This document shows, in pieces, positions 48,289-52,492 of a DNA stretch of 52,492 bases. Location of the stretch: positions 1 through 52,492 of the forward strand of contig CAXGAI010000031.1 of assembly GCA_964007735.1 (NCBI GenBank). The letters are read 5' to 3'. The translations under genes and the position numbers were made by a program. How positions within the stretch are numbered: the stretch's first letter is position 1; the number at the start of each line of letters is the position of its first letter. Below the pieces are notes generated by a model. It made no database searches and had not been told where the DNA came from. It saw only the letters and a program-made list of their open reading frames with translations. This stretch comes from an uncultured Rhodopirellula sp. Its GTDB lineage: Bacteria > Planctomycetota > Planctomycetia > Pirellulales > Pirellulaceae.

Positions 48289-49605
48289 GTGAATCTGTTA
48301 TTTCTAAGAACGATACGGCTTGGCATTAAGAGCTTGCTGTTACATAAAATGCGAGCCGGACTTGCGGGGCTTGGCATTTTCATCGGAACAGCAACGGTAA
48401 TCTGGTTGGTAGCCATGGGGGAAGGTGTTAGCCATCGTGCTCAGGAACAGATCAAAGAACTTGGTGCTAAAAACGTTATTGTTCGCACGAAGAAGCCGAC
48501 ATCTGATAACGAACCTCAAATGGCTCGAGTTAGTGTTCACCGTTACGGATTGCTGCGAGCGGACTACAAGCGGATTACTGAAACCCTGCCGTCGGTAAAA
48601 GAGGCGGTGCCGATGCGTGAGTTCCGATATGAGTTACGTCGGGAGGATCGTGAAGCGGACGCCAAGTTAGTGGGTTGCATGGAAGAATACCGCAGTTTGA
48701 ATCATTTGAAGTTAGCTCGAGGTCGCTGGCTCACCCCACGAGATCGAGGCAAAAAGGTCATTGTCCTGGCTGATGACACATCTTCCCGCTTGTTTCCTTA
48801 TCAAAACCCGATTGGACAGCGTGTTTGGGTTGGGCGTGAGTTGTACACGGTGATTGGCCAAACCAAAGCGCGAACCGCTTCCGCTGCGATTGGTGGAAGT
48901 CTGGATGCTCGGGAATATAATCTGGATGCCTATATCCCGCTTGATACGATGGAAGCCCGTATTGGTGATCGGGTGATGAAGCGTGTTGGTAATTCGTGGC
49001 AGGGCGAGCAGGTTGAGCTGAGTCAGATAACCGTTGGAGTGGATGAAATTGAACATGTTGACGAAACGGCTGCGATCATCACGAACTTACTGAAACGTTA
49101 TCACGCGGAAGAAGATTATGCGGTGGTTGTTCCCAAAGAGCTATTGGCTCAGGCCGAACGTACAAGAGCGATGTTTAATGTGCTTTTGGTTGTGATCGCC
49201 GGTATCTCGCTGTTAGTGGGAGGGATTGGGATCATGAATATTATGTTGTCGACCGTGACTGAGCGAACTAGGGAGATCGGAGTACGCCGTGCGTTGGGAG
49301 CTAAACGATCGCATATTATTTTTCAGTTTATTACGGAGGCAATTCTATTGACCGGTATTGGTGGATTACTAGGTGTGGCCTCTGGGCTATTGTGTGGTCC
49401 GTTGTTCCGCGGTGGTCGTGACTTTGTTAGTAACTACTGGCCTGAACTTGTTCCACCGATTGTGGCTCAGATTGAGCCTCAGATTGCTTCCTGGTCGGTT
49501 GTTCTTTCACTGGCCATCGCCATTCTTTCCGGTGTGCTTTTTGGAGTTTATCCGGCCTGGCGTGCAGCCTATATGGATCCCATCGAAGCACTGCGTCACG
49601 AATAA
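48289..49605 (+). CDS. MacB/FtsX-type ABC transporter permease (no fused NBD)
   Basis: HKMRAGLAGLGIFIG, NPIG, IAGISLLVGGIGIMNIML.TVTERTREIGVRRALGA, FGVYPAWRAAYMDPIEALRHE. Confidence 0.93.
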   Translation: MNLLFLRTIRLGIKSLLLHKMRAGLAGLGIFIGTATVIWLVAMGEGVSHRAQEQIKELGAKNVIVRTKKPTSDNEPQMARVSVHRYGLLRADYKRITETLPSVKEAVPMREFRYELRREDREADAKLVGCMEEYRSLNHLKLARGRWLTPRDRGKKVIVLADDTSSRLFPYQNPIGQRVWVGRELYTVIGQTKARTASAAIGGSLDAREYNLDAYIPLDTMEARIGDRVMKRVGNSWQGEQVELSQITVGVDEIEHVDETAAIITNLLKRYHAEEDYAVVVPKELLAQAERTRAMFNVLLVVIAGISLLVGGIGIMNIMLSTVTERTREIGVRRALGAKRSHIIFQFITEAILLTGIGGLLGVASGLLCGPLFRGGRDFVSNYWPELVPPIVAQIEPQIASWSVVLSLAIAILSGVLFGVYPAWRAAYMDPIEALRHE

Positions 49606-49653
49606 GTTACTGCCTGGTATATGCGTTTGGGAACAATGTAACCGGAAGCGCGT

Positions 49654-49684
49654 AAGGGATCAGTAAAGACGACCGATCCCTTTT
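49654..49684 (+). terminator. Rho-independent terminator closing the efflux cluster
   Basis: AAGGGATC(agt)..(acc)GATCCCTT stem followed by Ts, about 50 bp after the permease stop. Confidence 0.65.
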
Positions 49685-49769
49685 ATCATTCGCTGGTGGC
49701 GGTCATGTTTTCCGGGCGTTGAATGATAAGAATTGATTTCAACAAGACCCATCTCACATGATGTCTTTC

Positions 49770-49931
49770 TTAGTCCAGTGAAATGCTAACTTGCTTGCCT
49801 CCGTTTTTGGTAGCATACTTGTCTACGGTATTACCGACACGCTTGTAGAGGTCAGCGCCATTGGGTTGAAGTACGAATTCGAAGGTGAATCCGGTGAAGC
49901 CTTGGTAGAAGATGAGCGTTGTTTCCTTCAT
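49770..49931 (-). CDS. Possible small protein or gene remnant (53 aa)
   Basis: Hand translation MKETTLIFYQGFTGFTFEFVLQPNGADLYKRVGNTVDKYATKNGGKQVSISLD*. Below the ORF-track cutoff; no clear RBS. Confidence 0.3.
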   Translation of the reverse strand: MKETTLIFYQGFTGFTFEFVLQPNGADLYKRVGNTVDKYATKNGGKQVSISLD

Positions 49932-49970
49932 CGTTGGAATTCAACAGATAGATAATGATAGGGTGAACCA

Positions 49971-50354
49971 ATGAATACAAGATTGCAAGTTATCTTACTG
50001 ACAGTAATAAGCACGGCTTTGGGATTGTTTACGATGCTTGCTGCTGGGACTCTTTCATGGTCATTAGTGAAAGGGGTGCCTGGAATTGCCATAGGCGTAT
50101 TTGGTTCCACGGCTTCTGCCATCCTTCTTCAAAAGCAATTTGGCAATGGGGTTTCAATTACGGCAGCGGGAATTGCAGCGATGATCGCTTCCTACGCCGC
50201 TTTGGCCTGCGCTGAGGTAGTTCCAGCCGGAACGGTCGATTGGGCAATAACAGGTGCTTTATACGGAGCGAGCATCGGCGTTCCTTTGGCGATACTTCTT
50301 ACACTGCCCAAAGTATTTTTTATCGCATTGAAAGACTCAAATCCTCAGGATTAG
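49971..50354 (+). CDS. Hypothetical membrane protein (4 TM, Gly/Ala-rich)
   Basis: Four hydrophobic helices. Confidence 0.65.
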   Translation: MNTRLQVILLTVISTALGLFTMLAAGTLSWSLVKGVPGIAIGVFGSTASAILLQKQFGNGVSITAAGIAAMIASYAALACAEVVPAGTVDWAITGALYGASIGVPLAILLTLPKVFFIALKDSNPQD

Positions 50355-50470
50355 AAATGATAAACTGAGTGTTGACTAGCCAGCATTGTTTTTTCGCAGG
50401 TCATTCAGCCTTTTGATACGCCCCGGAATGTAAGAACTTTAACGGTCACCTAAACAAACAGGACTTACTC

Positions 50471-51310
50471 ATGAAGAGCTTGAAGGCAAATGTCGCTGTG
50501 GCCGTTGGGCTGTTGATCTTCGCAACGAAGGCGTATGCAGAGGTCAAAGTCGACAGAGATGTTCGGTATGGTATGCATGAGCGGAATGTTCTGGATGTCT
50601 ACTGGAACACCGAATATAAGAACGCTCCTATTGTCTTCACGATTCATGGCGGCGCATTCAAAAATGGTAGCAAAGCATATTGCAATAAGGATATGCAGAA
50701 GCTCTATATGGCTAAGGGATGTATCGTTGTTTCACCAAACTATCGGCTAAAGAAAGAGGGGACAACGATCACCAAGGAAGATTGCACACTCGACATTGCG
50801 ATGGCAGTTGCGTATATCCAGGCCAATGCCAGGAAATATGGCGGTGATCCCAGCAAGATTGTCTCCACCGGTGCTTCTGCCGGTGGCTATATCAGTGCCC
50901 AGATTGCTTATAACAAGAATTGGGATTGGCCAGCTGATACCAAATACAAACCAAAGAAACTGAACATTGTCGGATGGTTTGGCAACAGCCCCTATTTGCC
51001 ACGTCATGTCATGAATAATGTTGTTTTCAAAGATCCGCCCGGTTTCATTATGTATGGCGGTAAAAGAGAACACCCCGCCACACCGGCCCAACAAGGTCAC
51101 GACATGCAATCGACTCTTATTCAGAAAAATATCTGGAGCAAGATGGTCTATATCGATTCGTTGGGTCACGTACCAGGCAAACGAGTCCTTTTTAGTCCCG
51201 TTTCGCGTGACAAGGAAACTTACGAGGCATTCAATCAGTTTCTCGATATGGTTTGCTATGGCAAAGGAAAGCCTAAAGGCGGCGATGTAATCGACGTGAA
51301 GAAAAAATGA
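50471..51310 (+). CDS. Exported alpha/beta-hydrolase (HSL-like/BD-FAE esterase)
   Basis: Signal peptide (AYA-E); LDVY, IHGGAF..GSK, SPNYRL, GASAGG nucleophile, GH near the C-terminus. Confidence 0.85.
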   Translation: MKSLKANVAVAVGLLIFATKAYAEVKVDRDVRYGMHERNVLDVYWNTEYKNAPIVFTIHGGAFKNGSKAYCNKDMQKLYMAKGCIVVSPNYRLKKEGTTITKEDCTLDIAMAVAYIQANARKYGGDPSKIVSTGASAGGYISAQIAYNKNWDWPADTKYKPKKLNIVGWFGNSPYLPRHVMNNVVFKDPPGFIMYGGKREHPATPAQQGHDMQSTLIQKNIWSKMVYIDSLGHVPGKRVLFSPVSRDKETYEAFNQFLDMVCYGKGKPKGGDVIDVKKK

Positions 51311-51446
51311 CATCCTTCTTCATACGTATCTGGCTAGTAACAAGCCACCTTCTCACCAAGCACTTTGTATTGTGATTTGGTAAACTGGTCGAAGATGGCT
51401 TCGACGCGGTCATGATTGAAATAGTCCAGGTTAAAGATGGGGCGGT

Positions 51447-52492
51447 ATGAATCTGATGAAGACTTGTATGGAATTTGATTCCAATAATCGAATGCTGACA
51501 CATTGTTTTAATACCGCTTCGGGCAAACCCACGGGTTTGCAGCCAAACCACGTGTTCTCGTTCAAAATTCGCTGGCCGAAAGTTCCAGAAGTCGATTTGA
51601 GTGTTTGGGTTCTGTTCGCGGTAACACTGGTATTTACTGCAATATCATCTGTAACTGAAGCAACAGCTTCTGACAATTCGAAAGAAAATCCAGCTGCCCA
51701 TGATACAGACTGGCCAAGATTCCGCGGACCCAATGGAACGGGAATCAGTCATGCAGATACAGTCCCATTGACATGGACCGCGAAGGATTATAACTGGATC
51801 CTTGATCTCCCAGGGCATGGCCACGGATCACCGGTTGTAGTCGGAGACAGACTCTACCTGATAAGCGGTGAACCGGATACCGCTGAACGAAGTGTTGTAT
51901 GTGTGCATGTCAATCGCGGTGACATCCTTTGGAAACGTAACTTCTCTTCCAAGCCGCATCGTCTGCACCATGCAAACAGCTACGGTTCAACGACTCCGGC
52001 AGCTGACGCCAATGGCGTCGTGGTGACCTGGTCGGATCCGGAAAAAATCTTATTGATGGCATTGGATCGTAAAGGAAAAACCGTCTGGCAGAAAAATCTC
52101 GGCCCGTATCAAGCCATTAATGGTGCGGGTACTTCCCCGATTATCGTCGATGATCTGGTCGTATTGATGAACGTCCAGATGGACCCAGAATTCATGATTA
52201 GCATCGGGGTATTACCTCAGAATTATCCGAACCGGACTGCGCATGACAGTTTCTTGTTGGCTGTGGATCGCAAGAGCGGTGAGATTCGTTGGCAGGTAAA
52301 ACGTGAAACCTATCTGGCTGGTTATGCCACTCCTTGTGTGAGGACCACTGACAACGGTGATCGAGAGTTAATCTTTCTGGATTCCGCTTACGGACTTGCG
52401 GGTGTGGATATCCAAACCGGCGAAATAAACTGGCAGACATCCCGTTTACTACCGAGCCGTACTGTGGCGTCTCCAGTGGTCGCGGGAGATTT
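51447..52492 (+). CDS. PQQ-binding-like beta-propeller repeat protein, 3'-truncated by the window edge
   Basis: Open frame not in the ORF track because it has no stop: ..DWPRFRGPNGTG..VPLTW..LPGHGHGSPVV..STP..GTSPII..GYATP. Start codon uncertain; 51447 is the most upstream ATG. Confidence 0.85.
   Translation, partial: MNLMKTCMEFDSNNRMLTHCFNTASGKPTGLQPNHVFSFKIRWPKVPEVDLSVWVLFAVTLVFTAISSVTEATASDNSKENPAAHDTDWPRFRGPNGTGISHADTVPLTWTAKDYNWILDLPGHGHGSPVVVGDRLYLISGEPDTAERSVVCVHVNRGDILWKRNFSSKPHRLHHANSYGSTTPAADANGVVVTWSDPEKILLMALDRKGKTVWQKNLGPYQAINGAGTSPIIVDDLVVLMNVQMDPEFMISIGVLPQNYPNRTAHDSFLLAVDRKSGEIRWQVKRETYLAGYATPCVRTTDNGDRELIFLDSAYGLAGVDIQTGEINWQTSRLLPSRTVASPVVAGD

Noticed and set aside
50747..51313. 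188-aa minus-strand ORF and other short ORFs nested in long genes
   Set aside because: Antisense or alternate-frame overlaps of well-supported genes, with no recognisable motifs.

Overview
52.5-kb bacterial chromosomal window with a strong Planctomycetes signature (DUF1592/DUF1552 pairs, PQQ-like beta-propellers, sulfatases, an NPY-motif membrane protein, a long lipoprotein TolC). From left to right it holds: an SDR and an SMP-30/gluconolactonase gene; an extremely Asp/Glu-rich protein; a PHP-GT4 glycosyltransferase fusion bracketed by two identical 30-bp terminator hairpins and followed by a highly structured ~170-nt intergenic element; a 17-kb minus-strand run of mostly exported proteins, including a mirror-ordered DUF1592-DUF1552-DUF1552-DUF1592 block; a second sulfatase and a NIPSNAP fusion; a small islet bounded by tRNA-Arg(TCT) and a degenerate copy of its 3' end; a hydroxyproline-catabolic operon with unexpected partners (nitroreductase, Zn-dehydrogenase); an HTTM-MORN fusion, a DUF4832 protein and a small cytochrome c; and a TolC + three tandem periplasmic adaptors + MacB/FtsX permease cluster with no ATPase gene. 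No rRNA, CRISPR array, transposase or intact integrase was seen. All product calls come from motif recognition by eye, not database searches.
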